A DNA stretch of 64,000 bases, from the NCBI GenBank assembly GCA_036172245.1, contig JAYWIR010000011.1:1922001-1986000 (forward strand), given 5' to 3'. Below, piece by piece: positions 13,736 to 26,315 of the stretch. A program made the translations under genes and the position numbers. The notes under the pieces are model-generated. The model was not told the origin of the DNA, did no database searches, and worked only from the letters and a program-made list of their open reading frames with translations. The number at the start of each line of letters is the position of its first letter. Position 1 is the first letter of the stretch. This DNA comes from Raillietiella orientalis (lineage: Eukaryota).

Positions 13736-15483
13736 TCCCGTCTCTAGCGGCAAGGGTGGGAAGCCTGAACCTTCCGGAAGGGCGGGAACCGGGAGAGCCT
13801 CTTGCTGCTCCCTGAAAACGCCCCCCTTCCTTCCCCCCGATGAAACCGAACCCCTGGAGGGGCTCGGAGAAGGGGAGAGGGAGCAGAGAGACTCTGGAGA
13901 AACAGGGAGTCCCTCATGGGACCCCTCGCGAGCGAGGTCGGAGGCCACTGTGTTGTCCTTGGAAACTGTTGCCTTCCGGACGGAAGGGGAGGAAGAAGAG
14001 CTACCGCTCTCTCGACTTTTCCAGTCTTTCTGGCCAGTTTCGGATCCGCGGAGGAGGAGGAAGGGAGGAGGAAGAGGAGGGGGTCGGTGAGTCCTTACCC
14101 GGGAAAGGAGGCTGCCAGAGGGAGTTGCTGTGTCTCCCAGCAGTTCCCGCCCCTTCCTCCTGACTTCGCGAAGGAGTCCTGTGCCTCCTTGCTCCCTGGA
14201 GCGGGGGGTAGCGGGCTCTGAGAGGAGGGTGTTCCGGATCAGGCAGCCTGTTCCCGGCTTGCGGCGATTCCCAGAGGTGATTGCCTCGGGCACACAGAAC
14301 CCAGCCCGTCATCTGCGTTCCAGCCCTTCCCATTCCAGCACTTCCTTCTGCTTCCGCGTGCCCTCCGGGAGACAATGCAAGCAGACCTCGTGGACGGCAG
14401 TGCAGCCACCAAACTCTCAAGAGGGAGATGAGACTCTACCGCGACCTTCTTCCTTGCGGCTGGCCAATCGAGGACAAGGACTTTGACTTTGATATTCTTC
14501 CTGTTTTTGCTCTTCTCCCTGGACCATGTACTTCACGGACCCCCTTCTCCCCTTGGAGAGGGCAGAGTCGTCCCGGGCATCACGTAGGCGTCGACTGCTG
14601 TCCTTTCCAAGCAGGTCCTCTTCGAGGGAGGGGGCGGAGGGGAAGAAGCGCCACCGCCCTCTCTCCTGATTCCTTTCTTCTTTTTTTTTTTAAAAAAAAG
14701 AGAGAAAAACTGGGATTCCATGTTCGTGAGAGAGGGAACCTTAGGGAGCCAAATCGATGGAAGGGACGCTGGCAGCAGACGATCTCTTCTGAGGAGGGAG
14801 GACCAGGGGCGAACCTTAACATGCAAGCACTTCTGGAGGGAAGCAAGAGAGTCCCGAAGGATGCAATTTTCGATAGCCAGATGCGACAATGGGGGTGATT
14901 GGGAATTCGATGAACAGCTCGACTGCACTCGGAAAGACGGATGCTGAGCATCTTGAGATACCCTCGAAATGTGCAGCTCTTTGTCGCTCGTGTGAATCCG
15001 GACGCACATGTCACTGACGTCATCAAGGCTCCGTCGCCAAGGCAGAATGGAGTTGCACTGTAGAGTCGACAGGGTGGGTCATCCGAACGAGTGTGGTCAT
15101 CAGAATCGAATTTCGACCCTGAAAGAATTTCCACAGGAGTAGAAGAACAGTTAGGAGGACCAGGCAAAGTATTCCTATGACCTCTCATGACATCAGGGAG
15201 CTCTGTCGTCAAACACGCACAGGAAGATCAGTCCTCGGTGCAGGAGGGCATCAGTGTCCAGCACTGCTTTGCTTCAGCTGGTGCTCTCTTGGTTGCTGTT
15301 GCCAAGTGCATGAGGAAGGAATCGAAGCTTCTTGGATCTCCGGATCGATAAATCTGCCCGAGGTCCCAAGGAAGCACCTCAGCGTGTTTCAAGTTTCAAG
15401 CATGCATTGCCTGGAGTGTGGTTTCCTGGGTCCTTATGCTCCGGCTTGTTTCCCTAAACGACCAGTGCAGGTGAAGAACCTGA

Positions 15484-16346
15484 ACCCTGCAGCGCTCAGG
15501 GTCAAATTCAAATTCCCAAACGCCGACATCCCGAAAGATCTTAAACACACGTGTTCATTACATATATTAATATATAGATTAATGTGTTGGGAATAATATA
15601 AAAAATAAATATGTACGCTTATTTTGTATATCGATATATATCTATATCTATATATGGATTGATATAAAATTTATTCAACATGCATATTTTATTATTTTTC
15701 CTAACATACGTACTGTTACTAATAGCGAGTCATTAATGACATAATTAATATATTAAAGATTACAAAGATAATATATGTTTGTTGTATTTATATGTATATA
15801 TAATGAATGTATATTTAAATGAATGCATAAATATCGACTTATAAAAAATTAAAAACAATGATGACAACGAAAAATAGTGGGAAAAAATAAAAAAGCAAAC
15901 AAATTAAAAGCACACACAAAAAAGAAATTTGGTATTTCGTTTTCCCATCATCGGCACTCAATAAACGAAACTTCCTTAGGAAATGGCGAATGCTATTTGC
16001 GGGATTTCGATCCATATATGGACACAAATGTTTGATACTCTTGATATTCATTTATTGATCAAACTGTAAGTTTATCAACACATATGTTTGCAATTCGGCA
16101 TTCATTTATTTTATATATATATAAGTAAGCCTGTATGTTTATGTTGTATAATTTTTTATATATACGTTAATAATATAAAGTAATACACATTATAAATTAT
16201 ATTAAGAAACATGTATGTTAAAACAACTTTACATATCAATCTATGTATTAAATAATAAACATATGCATTTATTTTTTGTGATCTTTCAGGATTTTGATTT
16301 TCGGATTTTGGCATTCGGGATTTCGATCGGCACCGACTGCAAAGAC
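15484..16346. mobile_element. AT-rich non-autonomous element, copy 3 (both ends present)
   Basis: Left aaattcccaaacgccgacatcccgaaagatc is an imperfect reverse complement of right gatctttcaggattttg...gcattcgggatttcgatcggcaccgactgcaaagac; shared core 15820-16010. Confidence 0.85.
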
Positions 16347-16399
16347 TTTGGTTTTTGTTTTTAAAAAAAAACAAAAAAAAAACCCTCCACGTATGCTTG

Positions 16400-17300
16400 C
16401 CCATGTTTAGAGGAATGCCAGCGAAGGTGACCCCCGCCAACATTCAGCATCCGGTATGTATTGCCGAGGGTGTACCTGTTGCATGTACACTTCGAATGTT
16501 GCGCACCGACTTTCCTTGCTTGAGGGAAAAAGTTTCTCCGAACCCGTTTGAGGCGAGGACTCGCACGAGAGGCCCCAAAGTGTACACAACCGCGTACAGT
16601 CAAATTCCTCTGGATCGGTTCTTATGCTCCCGTAGAATTTGTTTGATGATCAAGTACGAGCTCAAGTTTTAAACTCCAGCTTGACCCACGAGCTTTGGAA
16701 TCCGATTTGGATGGATGTTGAGATTACGGTGCAAGTTGTTGCTACGAAACATCCACTCTTTGGTGTACGAGAACAAAGGCAAACTTAGGGTGTGCAGGAA
16801 AAACTGGAACTTCGCCTTTGCAAACCCAGGCGAACGAAATCGCTGACGCAACGGATTCATTTGGAAGAACTGCTCGCCCCCGTTGGATTTCGGGAAGTCC
16901 AGCGGACCATCAGCAGCTTTCCAGCTCCTGGCTCCATGGCAACGAAACATCAGGTGAGAAAGTACTCCGCCAAGACAGGAGATGACGGTCGTGAAGGATG
17001 GAAATCCCGGTGCGCGCCTTCGAAACCCACCGCGTGGTCGTGTCGCCGCACACTCCCTTGGTCTCGAAACCTTCCAACACGCCTCCGGTGCTGACATCGA
17101 TCGCACGTTGTTGCAGCAGCGGTCCCGGAAGCGGTTTCCCGGTGAACCGGAGCGATCGAAAGAGTCTAATCTTCCGTCTGTTGTCTCATCTCTCTGGAGT
17201 ACTCCACAGCAGGAAGTCCATTGGTTTTGCGCGAGGAAAGAGGGGAGGTTCGCCATTTTTTACTTTCACGCCACCGCTCTTCTGCCCGACATTGCATCAT
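16400..17300 (+). mobile_element. Possible decayed L1-type endonuclease/linker fragment
   Basis: AYSQIPLDRFLCS (~SRLDRFLIS), RKNWNF (~GYWKFN), EVRHF; weak. Confidence 0.3.
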
Positions 17301-18643
17301 TCACTCTAACGACTGGGATTTCGCGGCGGCGGCGCGCCGGAACGCGTCCTGGAGAGAGCGGTGCGTTGCAGCATCCAGAACCTCCGAGATACCCTGCCGG
17401 GCGCATCGACTGGGATCGTCGTCGGTCACCAGGCAGAGACTCCTCGTAGAGGTGTCGAGGCTGCGACCTCGATCGCCCTGACAGGCGGAGAGGAGGACAG
17501 TGGAGGCGGCGTCATCCGAACCGTTTCCGTTTTTTTTTTTTAAAAAAAAAACGGGGGGGAGGAACGTTTAAAACTTCGTTTTTCTTGAAGGGGTGAGGAC
17601 CGGCCTTTCCCTCCTCCTTCCGGAGGACGCGTGGACCTCCGGTTGCCACCTCCAACCACCGCGGATGCCCCTCCGTTGACCGTGCTGGGGCCTCCGCAGC
17701 CGAAGCAGGCGTGGCTTGTGTGAGCATGAGTTGCGGCAGAGTGATCGATGGGACCTCATCGAGGGGGAGCCGGAATCCCGACGCGGTGCCTCCTTGGACC
17801 ACTGGTCCAGACGTCCGTGCGGTTGTTGCCGAGCTAGCGGACCATTCCTCGTTCCCCCGCAGGATCACGTGGGACGCAGCCCTGCAGGAGCGGCCGTGGA
17901 GAGCTTGTTCTTCGAGGCGCGGCCGACCGAAACCTCTCTTCCCCTTTCCTCTCGTCTTGCTGGGAGGTAGCGGGTGGGACTCCTCACCCTCCGGAATCCT
18001 CCCAGTCGTCCCTTGCTCCTGCTTTTCTTTCCTGCCGCCGCCAGCGCCGTCGAGCGGAAGAACCGGTGAAGGCAATGCGACCTCCGGGTTTAGCTGAAAG
18101 GAAGTTCACATCCCCACTTTGCTTCCCGGGAGCCGAGGGGGTTCCTCAGGTGTGTGGAAGGAATGATGGCTCGGCCTTCGCAGGGGACGCGGCGGATTGA
18201 AGGGCGAGAAACAGGAGGCGGCGAGAAGTCCACCCCCGTCCGAGCGCAAGGGGGCGGCGGCGGCTCTGGACGTACCCTGGACGACGCCCTCTCCCACCTC
18301 GCCGACCTCCGAAAGCCGAGCTCCCAGCGGCGAGCTCGCCGGTATCTCCGAGAGTGGCGCGGGTGGATGCGGGGTGGTCCCCACCCGATGAGGTCGATCC
18401 ACGAGCGCCATTCTTTTCTCTCGTGCTCAGGTTGACTCGCGCGCAAGCGCGTAGCGTGCGCTCACGGAGACGAGCGCCCTTGAGCAGCTCCAGCTACCGT
18501 CCGCTTCGCCTTGTCAGCGGCTTCTTGCTCGTTTCTTTCCTCTCCCCCTCGGCTTTGGTTGGCTCGTCGGGCACCCTCCCCCCACACCCTCCCTCGAGCT
18601 CACAGGGAGCGTCCGTGGATTCCGTGCGGAACCGGCGGCACTT

Positions 18644-21430
18644 GGGTTATCACCCAGTCACGCCGGGAAGTCTATTGTAAAAAATAATAAACATACGTGT
18701 GTAGGGCCATCGGACCTACATTGTACGAAAATGCTAGGAATCTGCAGAGTAACTAGCACGCAGGCCAGCGAGGTTCGCCTCGGCAGAGGAGAGGGACGGG
18801 GGGCAAATAAAAATAAAAAATAAAAGTCAATAGGAAAAAAAAAAAAACTTTGGAAGGGTTAGGGAAGGAATCACAGTCCGCTGGAGGGCGTCCTCTGCAT
18901 CCTTTCCAGGATGCCGGCAATTTCCATCCGATCCCATACTGGGACAGTATGGGATCACCTTGCTGCCGTCCGCAGGAAGGGCAGAGCGAAGAAGATGGCG
19001 TCCCTATCGCGCCATCCTTCTCTCACGTAGCTCCAGGCCGGCGCAATCGCGCGTAGGCAGCAGCAGGCAGGCAGGCTGCTGGGGATGCGGCAGGTGAAAG
19101 GGCATCGCGCACGAAGAGGCATCTCTGGAATTGTCCGTCGGCGCCGCAAGGGCCGTTGCGTAACGCAAGCTCAGGGACCGGAGGGCAACACGGTCAACGA
19201 GCAGGTGCGGAAGGGATTCCCGCTACCCGTACCTGCAGCAGTTGGGGTCCACAGCCCTCCAGGTCCAGTGAGAGAGGCGGGAGTTGCATGTGAATCCCCA
19301 GCAGAACAGCAGAAGTGCCGACTGCTGCTACTTCTGGAGGAGAGTCCGGTTGTTCTTCAGCATTGGGGGCGGCCGCTCGAGGGGAATTTGTGGGATTTTG
19401 TGTTCCTGTGGGAATTCCCAGCAGCTCACCTCAGGGCAATAGTCCTTTCGGTGGGTTGCAGAGTTGATGAGCTGGTTTGTGGTCCAAGCACCTAGTTCTC
19501 TCGTCTTCCGATTGATTTCGCAACTGACCTCCCATTTGTCCAGCTGGTTACTGCCCAAGTGCTTCCTGAAGAAGTGCAGTGCCTCTGCTAGGGAGGTTGT
19601 TTGTGCCTACGCACACGTGGTGGACTGCACGGTGATGTCCTGCAGCGAGCGGTTGTGATAGAAGGGGTGCAGCAGTCGCTGCTGCACCCGCTCCGTTGTT
19701 CCTGGCCCACGTGTGGACGCTTTCCTGGAACCAGGCACTACCGTTCGCGGGAAGGGAGAAAATTTAGTTGTTGGTCCTGGTCAGCTTAGGCACTCGTCGG
19801 AGCTGCATTGCGCAGGGAGACTGGTTGCGTCTGCGCCGCCAGGAACGAAGACGGTCGCGCGTGGCGGGTGGCTCTCTTGACCAGGTATCGTGCGGGCTGG
19901 CACCAGTTTGTGCTCCAAAGGTTTGCCACTGGAGTCATCCTCCTCCACTGGAGCTGCCGTTCCAGGTGCTACAGCGTCAGCAGGAGAGGCCTCCATCTCG
20001 ATACGGAGCGCACAAGTCCTTCAGGGGGATGAGTCCATGAAATGGATTCTCAGGCAGTCTTTCGCCCGCCTTTCAATTCCACTGTCTGGGGTGCAGACAG
20101 CAAGCAGAAGGCGGAAGAGGTGGCCACATACATGTTCCACACCCCGGCTTGTTTTGGCAACAGAAGCGTGCCATGCTGTAATGGGCCGATCGCCGATGCT
20201 GTCTTCTGGAGGCAGCTGGACTACGTCTCCTCCGGAGAATAGTCCCTCGGCAGTACACCGAGCTACTTAAAGTACTGAACCGCAAGGATCGAAAAGTGGA
20301 TCCAGTCCAGATGTCCTGCCCACGCTGAACCGACTGCTACCACGGAAGGTTTCGCTTTGCTCTCCCTGTTCACCTCCAGTCCAGTCCCGCAGCTTAACAG
20401 CTCGAAGAAGTCTTCAAGCCCCGACTACGGAGTTGACATGGGGAGTAGCAAAAGAAAATAGTCGGCATATGCTGACACGGCCGGTGCGCCTGGGCACGCG
20501 CATTTTCAGGCGAGCCAGAGTCCCCCCGCATGCCGTCAGCAACAGATCGAGGAAGGTCTTGAAGAGCAAGAGGCCCAAGCTGTCGGCCAGCGGTATGCCG
20601 CCGCGCACCGCCACAGCGTACACGTTTCGTCCTCTCTGATCTGAAATGTTGGTTAGCGTGCTGCCCCGGCAGGTGCGCAGGAAAGCCGTTAAAGAGGCCA
20701 GGAAACCCACGCGTACCGGAAGCTGCAGAAGAAACTGCTGGTCGACGCATTCGAATGATTTGCGCAAGTCGACTGCGACCGCAAGGAGATCCCACCCCCT
20801 CTTTCAATAGTTCATCGTCTACCACCGGAGGACGCCCTGAAATTCGGGGTGCCGACCGTGTTCCTATCTTTCCTCTATGGAACGGAAGCCAATTGTTCTC
20901 GAGGAACAGTTCGGAATCCATACTTCGCTCGGGAACAGCGTAAGTCTGTTCCGGGCTTATTACGGAGTCTTCCACCAAACCTATTCACTACGACAGTTTG
21001 ACCAGCAGCTTGGGGTCCACCTTCAACATAGTGATCAGATGCCAGTGGCTGAGGTTCCTTAGGTCTCCTCCCTTTGGGCGGAGACGCACCCACGTGGCGG
21101 CACTTAGGGATGCGCCTGGTGTTCGCTCCGGTGGCTGCGCTTCGGCTGCGGCAGGGAGGGCCATTCGCCACCGCCTCGGCGTACTCTTGCACGGACCGCA
21201 GCGCGTTGCGCAGGGCAGCCGGGGAAAACGCTCGCGCGGAGGGAACCTTACGGAACCACCCGTGAGGAGAGGCCTCGCCTCCCGGGACTCCGCTTGCGTT
21301 TGACGCTCATCTCGGAGTGTCCCCTTTCTTCTCCCGGGCGAGAGCTCTTTCGAGAGCGTTCGGGATGCTTCGACGCGAAAGGTGCTGAACTGTCTCCCCA
21401 GCGTCCGCAGAGAGGACCACCGCATCTCCG
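18644..21430 (-). mobile_element. L1/Tx1-like LINE family X, best-preserved copy (ORF2 RT, zinc knuckle, 3' UTR; pseudogenised)
   Basis: PKGGDLRNLSHWHLITMLKVDPKLLVK, VISPEQTYAVPERS, VDLRKSFECVDQQFL, VRGGIPLADSLGLLLF, VSAYADY, GTGLEVNRES, QYFK*LGV, LCAPYRDGGL, NSRLSHWT..DPNCCRYG*RESLPHLLVD, MEIAGILERMQRTP; stops and frameshifts throughout. Confidence 0.9.
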
Positions 21431-21700
21431 GTCTCTATCGGACCGGTCCGATAGAGATTCCCTCCAAGGTTCTGACGATGATCTTTCCGGAAGCGGCGCT
21501 TTTTCGGTTCGTAGGACGGGATGGAGGGGACTCGCGCCCGATGCCGTGGTCGGAAAGGTCGTGTGGAAGGAGAACTTCCGGGGCTACCCTGGTTCCTGGC
21601 TCCACGAAACAAGGAGCCTGCGAACTCAGTCCAGAGCACCCTCCGTGGCCGTGCCCCTTCAGGCGACGTCCGAACCTTCGGCACGGCCCGATCACGAAAG

Positions 21701-21900
21701 CCCGCATGGCGGCCTCCGCGAGCGCGGCACCGGGCGTCATGGGTTCGAATCCAGCCCGGGGGAAGGATCGACGCTGAGAACGGGGGCACGTCGTGGGATC
21801 CCCCCGTAGATGACTCTGGTCGGCTTATTCGGGTGCAGCACTGATGGAGTCCGGAAACCCCCGGATGATCCCGTTGACTGGACGGGGTGAGCCCCCGGGG
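21701..21900 (+). mobile_element. tRNA-derived SINE, copy 1
   Basis: A-box-like tggcggcc, B-box ggttcgaatcc 21742-21752; body aligns with the reverse-strand copy at 33845-34047. Confidence 0.75.
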
Positions 21901-23134
21901 GCGTCCTTCCAGGACTCAAGGAGGAATCGAGGAGCCCTCAGGTGCTTGCAGCAGAAGAGCCTTTCTCGTGGGTCACCTTGGAGATGCCGCGGGGATCAAA
22001 GTGAGAACTGAAGAAAATGGAGATTCTGAAGAGACGGATGGAGCACAGCAAGATGGAAAAGGTGGTCTCGAACATCCGGTGCTCCCGGGACGTGTGTTGG
22101 AAGTGGAGGATCCGGTTGTCGTCCGTGCCGAAAGCACCCCGTTGTGAAGACTCTCTGGAGAGAGAAGACAGGCCGGGGAGATGGCCAAAATTCCCCCATA
22201 CCCATTCATTTAAAAAAAAAGGAGGAAGAAAAAGTCTGCACGCTTGCCGAAGCGGAGATGCGCCCGTGAGAGCGCGGGCGGTTGTTGCGCACCCACGGGG
22301 AGGGCGCGGCTTCTTGCCTACTTGGCTTGGCCTCCCGCGTCACCACCACCCGCTCCCGACCGGGAGCCGGGAACGCGAGTTTGGTCGAAACGAATCGATG
22401 TGGTGCCGCTCCGGCAGCGAGCGGGGAAAACTGGGATCAGAGTGTATTTATTTATTGATTTATTTATTTTTTCAGGGAGATTCGGGACCACGTGAAGGAA
22501 CGCATAGGGGGGGGGGGGAGGGGATTTCCTGCAGCATCGGCCGACCTTCCGCCTGCACCACCAGATTCTGACCCGAGAGAGAAGCACGGCAGGTTCCACC
22601 TCCTCCTTTTGTGCCCTCCGCATATCCGGGTTGCAGACGACGCGAGCGCCAGATGTGCGCCAGCAGTTGCGATTGAAACTTCCGAGCAAACCCGTCGGAC
22701 CTTACGAGACCCCCCCCTCCCCCCACTTCGGAACGCATCGCAAGGATGGCCGAGAGGTTGGACTGCGGCCTTCCTTTTTCCTAACTCTTCGCGAACCTTA
22801 TGGAGCCACCGCCGCCCTCACAGCACGGGGCTCGGCCTGCGCCTCCTCTGGCCGGCGTGCTGATCGAAGCGTTCGGGGTTGCACGGGAAAGCGCGAGGCA
22901 GGGAATGCCCGCAGCCTCAGACGCTTCCTCGACCCATCCGGATCCGCTCTGGTTGTCAGGGAGCTGGTCTGCGGCGTGCACTCAAGAATTGGTGGAAGGG
23001 GGGGGGGGGCGTTCCGCGTCGAGGGGAGGTCTTTGCCGATGTTAGAACCCCCTCAGCCATTCCTCCCGGCACCGTGGACTTCTGCCGGAACGTCAAGCCT
23101 GTGCGATTGATTTCCGGCTGGGGCTCGACTGGGT

Positions 23135-24102
23135 AGGTATATCTTAATCAATATAAAAACATATATGTCTATATACATTAATATATATCATAAAGATAAA
23201 AAAAATGAATATATGCACTTATTTCGATATACATATTTATATATAAACGAGAACAAACAAATATAAATTAATTTAACAAACAAAATAAATTAATTTCAAC
23301 ATGCATATCTATATTTATTAATGTTTATTAACATACATACTATTATTAACATTCATATAACGAATATGTTAAGGATTACAAAAATAACATGTTTACTGTA
23401 TATATATGTGTATATAATAGATATAAAATTACATTTAAATGAATACATAAATATCGAATTATAAAAAATCAAGAACAATCGTGACACTGAAAAATAGTGG
23501 GAAAAAATAAAAAAAACAAACAAAAAGAAATTTGGTATTCCATTTTCCTGTCACTTCCAACGCTCTTAACAAATGAAACTTCCTCAGGAAATGACGAATT
23601 CTATTTACGGGATCTCGATCGTTTGATCAACATATGTGTTTATAATTTGCTGTTCTAATTTTGATATTAAATATGTTTGTATTTTGATACTATAATTAGA
23701 TATCATAAACACACATGTTCATTAAACGATCGGAATCCTGCGAAAAGAATTCATTTCCTGAGGAAGTTTCATTTGTTAAGAGTGTTGCAAGTAAAAGGAA
23801 AATGGAATACCAGATTTCTTTTTGCATTTTTTAAATTTGTTTGCTTTTATATTTTATTGTGTGTTTTATTTTATACATAAATATATAATATAATGTGTTT
23901 ATTTTGTATAATATTTAATGTATACATTAATAATATATGTCGATACATGTTATTAATTATATTAATGAATATGTGTATTGAAATAAATTTGTCTGTTAAT
24001 CTATATGTTGATATGCACATGTATTTATTTTTTGTGATCTTCAGGAATTTGATTTCGGGGTTTTCGGCATTCGAGATTTTGATCGGTACCGACTGCAAAG
24101 AC
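23135..24102. mobile_element. AT-rich non-autonomous element, copy 4, with internal foldback
   Basis: Right ~75 bp closely matches copy 3, both ending gactgcaaagac; core at 23430-23645 plus an inverted copy at 23703-23845. Confidence 0.85.
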
Positions 24103-24104
24103 AT

Positions 24105-24600
24105 AGGTGAGTGCTCGGTCGCTTCAAGGTATCCAACGGTGCATCCAGTAGGCTGCTGTTGGATGGTAGGCAGCACATCTTGCGGATCTGGTTCGTTGGC
24201 ACTCTCTGGTTCACTCAGCGGCAGACGCCTTGATTCAATGCTTGAAGACGGCTACTGAAGGCATCTGGGAAGGGGTTTCCTGAAACGAGCTGATCCCCGG
24301 AGAGGACTCTCATCTCCTTCCGGGTTCGATGCTGCGCGAGGGAAGAAGAATGGTCAACTGGACGTTGTCTGTCCTTTCTAGCGTGCCCCTGGCGCCTTCA
24401 GGAGTGCTCTGGAAAGCAAGAAGAGCAAAGACCAAGCACAAAGACCTCTCTGACTTCCTGCCAAAGAAGGATCTTCAAGTGACCATCCGAGCTCCTTTTG
24501 TAGGCTCTGTAGGGTCTTTTGTAGTCTCCAGAAGACGCTTCCGTTCCTTTGGCAAATCCTAAGCGTACGCTTTGGGTTTGTTGGAATCGAGGTCTGGTGA
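24105..24600 (+). mobile_element. Possible Tx1-type ORF2 C-terminal fragment
   Basis: HIL..VGTLW, VNWTLS...VLWKARRAK resembling the Tx1 ORF2 tail; weak. Confidence 0.3.
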
Positions 24601-26188
24601 AAGCTGAAATCAATCTTATAAAGAGAGCGAACGGAAGGGCAAAGCAAAGGAAGATCGATTTTGTCTCTTCTCTTCGCCGCCTCTCCATCTCCTTTCTGAC
24701 GTATCTGTGTGCCAGGGACGAAAAGTTCATCTTTCTAGTTTTTTGTTTTTTGTCCCCCTCCCCCCCCCCAAACATCGCCCACGGCAAAAGGAAGAAAGAG
24801 AAGCCTAGCTCGACAGACGCGCAGAAGGAGCATGCCACAGCTTCCAGATTTCTTCACCATTTGGTTTAGGGAGCACTTCCCATTCTTTTCGGTTCCTCCT
24901 CGCTGCTTCTACGAGGTTTCCTGTTGTTCCTCAACGTAGAAGTGGGCGAAAAGCAAAAAAAAACTAAACTTTGCTTCTTTCCCCGGAATGCAGCGCACTC
25001 GCTTCCGCCGAAGCCTTTCAGACGAGCGGGCGACTTTCGTTTTTCCGGCGGAGACGCGCGGAGGAGACGCGAAGCAGCAGCGGGTGTTCCCGCGCAAGAG
25101 GGAGTCGGTTTGGTCACACCAAGCCGAGAAGCGGCGCAGCGTAGCGAATCCGCCTGTCGCCGGCCCATTTTCGCTGAGCCGCGATCCGCGCTGCTCGCAA
25201 TCCATCATCTGCTTCCAAAGGACCCCGTCTACCACCTTACTTTCTTTTACGTTCGTTCTGGGTCCGCGTTTCTTGTGGCTGCGGTGGCCGGTTCCGCCTT
25301 GCTGAAGGCCTCGTTTCGATGTTCCCTTCCGAGGACGTGGGCTGTCAGCGGAGGTCCTCTTTCGTGCTGCTCAATTTTTTTTTTCCTTTGCCCAGGGGTG
25401 CGGGCAGATGGCCACCGGGCATTCGTGGAGGATGGTCTACTGCCGTGCTCCAAAGGTCTCGAGGTTCTGAAAGAAGTTCGCGCTCCTCCTGCTGGCTTGC
25501 CCGGTGACCCGTTTTGCTCGGCCTGACCCGGAGGGAGGAAGGTCGCCACCGCGTGCGGGATGGCTCTGTTTGCACGTTTTCTCCGTGCGCCCTTTGACGC
25601 ATGTCTTTCGCGCGAATTAGCGACGGAAAACAGGACGTAAGGATGCCTCGGATCGCCTACGACGTCGACGAGAAGAATTTCAGCGCAGAGCTATTCGCCA
25701 GGCACTCTTGCGACCCTTTCATTGTGCCGGGATGATTGCCGCAAACAAACAAATATTTGTTCTGGGAGCAGGGAAGCGTCCATTCGATCTTCGGCTTAAC
25801 GGAAAAACAGCCGGAGACGCTGCCTCGGCAAATATCCGCGCGCTTTGGTGCGCAGGCATAATCACTGGATCCTGTTACATTTTACAGCATCGCGCGCTCT
25901 GGTATGCTGCTGGCCGATTTCCGATACGTCCGTGTCCGTCGGCTCTCCGCGGTCCCTGGGCCGGATTCGGGTTCCGGACGCAGCCGACGACGAGGAAGGC
26001 TGCACGGGGCTTCTTCGTAGGTAGGCTTCTCGTCGGTTTGATTTCGGAGCTGAACCGGAGATGGGTGCTCGCCTTGACTTTCGACAGGAGAGAGGGGTAG
26101 ACGAGATGAGCGTGGAAACGACCAGGTCGCACTCTGCTTGCGAAAGACGGCGCGCGCGGCGTCGAGCAGGGCTCTCCGACGAAGCCAC

Positions 26189-26278
26189 GGGTTTTTGCCC
26201 GGAGACGCCGGGACGTTTATTTAAAAAGCAAACCACACGCCGGAGGGGGAAAGTCCCCTCTAACAGAAACAAGAAGTG

Positions 26279-26315
<37 letters not shown>

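Noticed and set aside
14600..15480. Another retroelement fragment
   Set aside because: Plausible motifs on both strands conflict; cannot assign
18740..18800. HDV-like ribozyme in the LINE 3' UTR (cctcgctgg on minus strand)
   Set aside because: P3, P1 and J4/2 elements cannot be formed
21742..21752. tRNA gene (B-box GGTTCGAATCC; also 33985-33995)
   Set aside because: No cloverleaf, and shared downstream body indicates a SINE
26281..26311. Poly(A) tail of a retrocopy
   Set aside because: No TSD or upstream ORF; lies inside a minus-strand LINE 3' UTR as an expanded T tract
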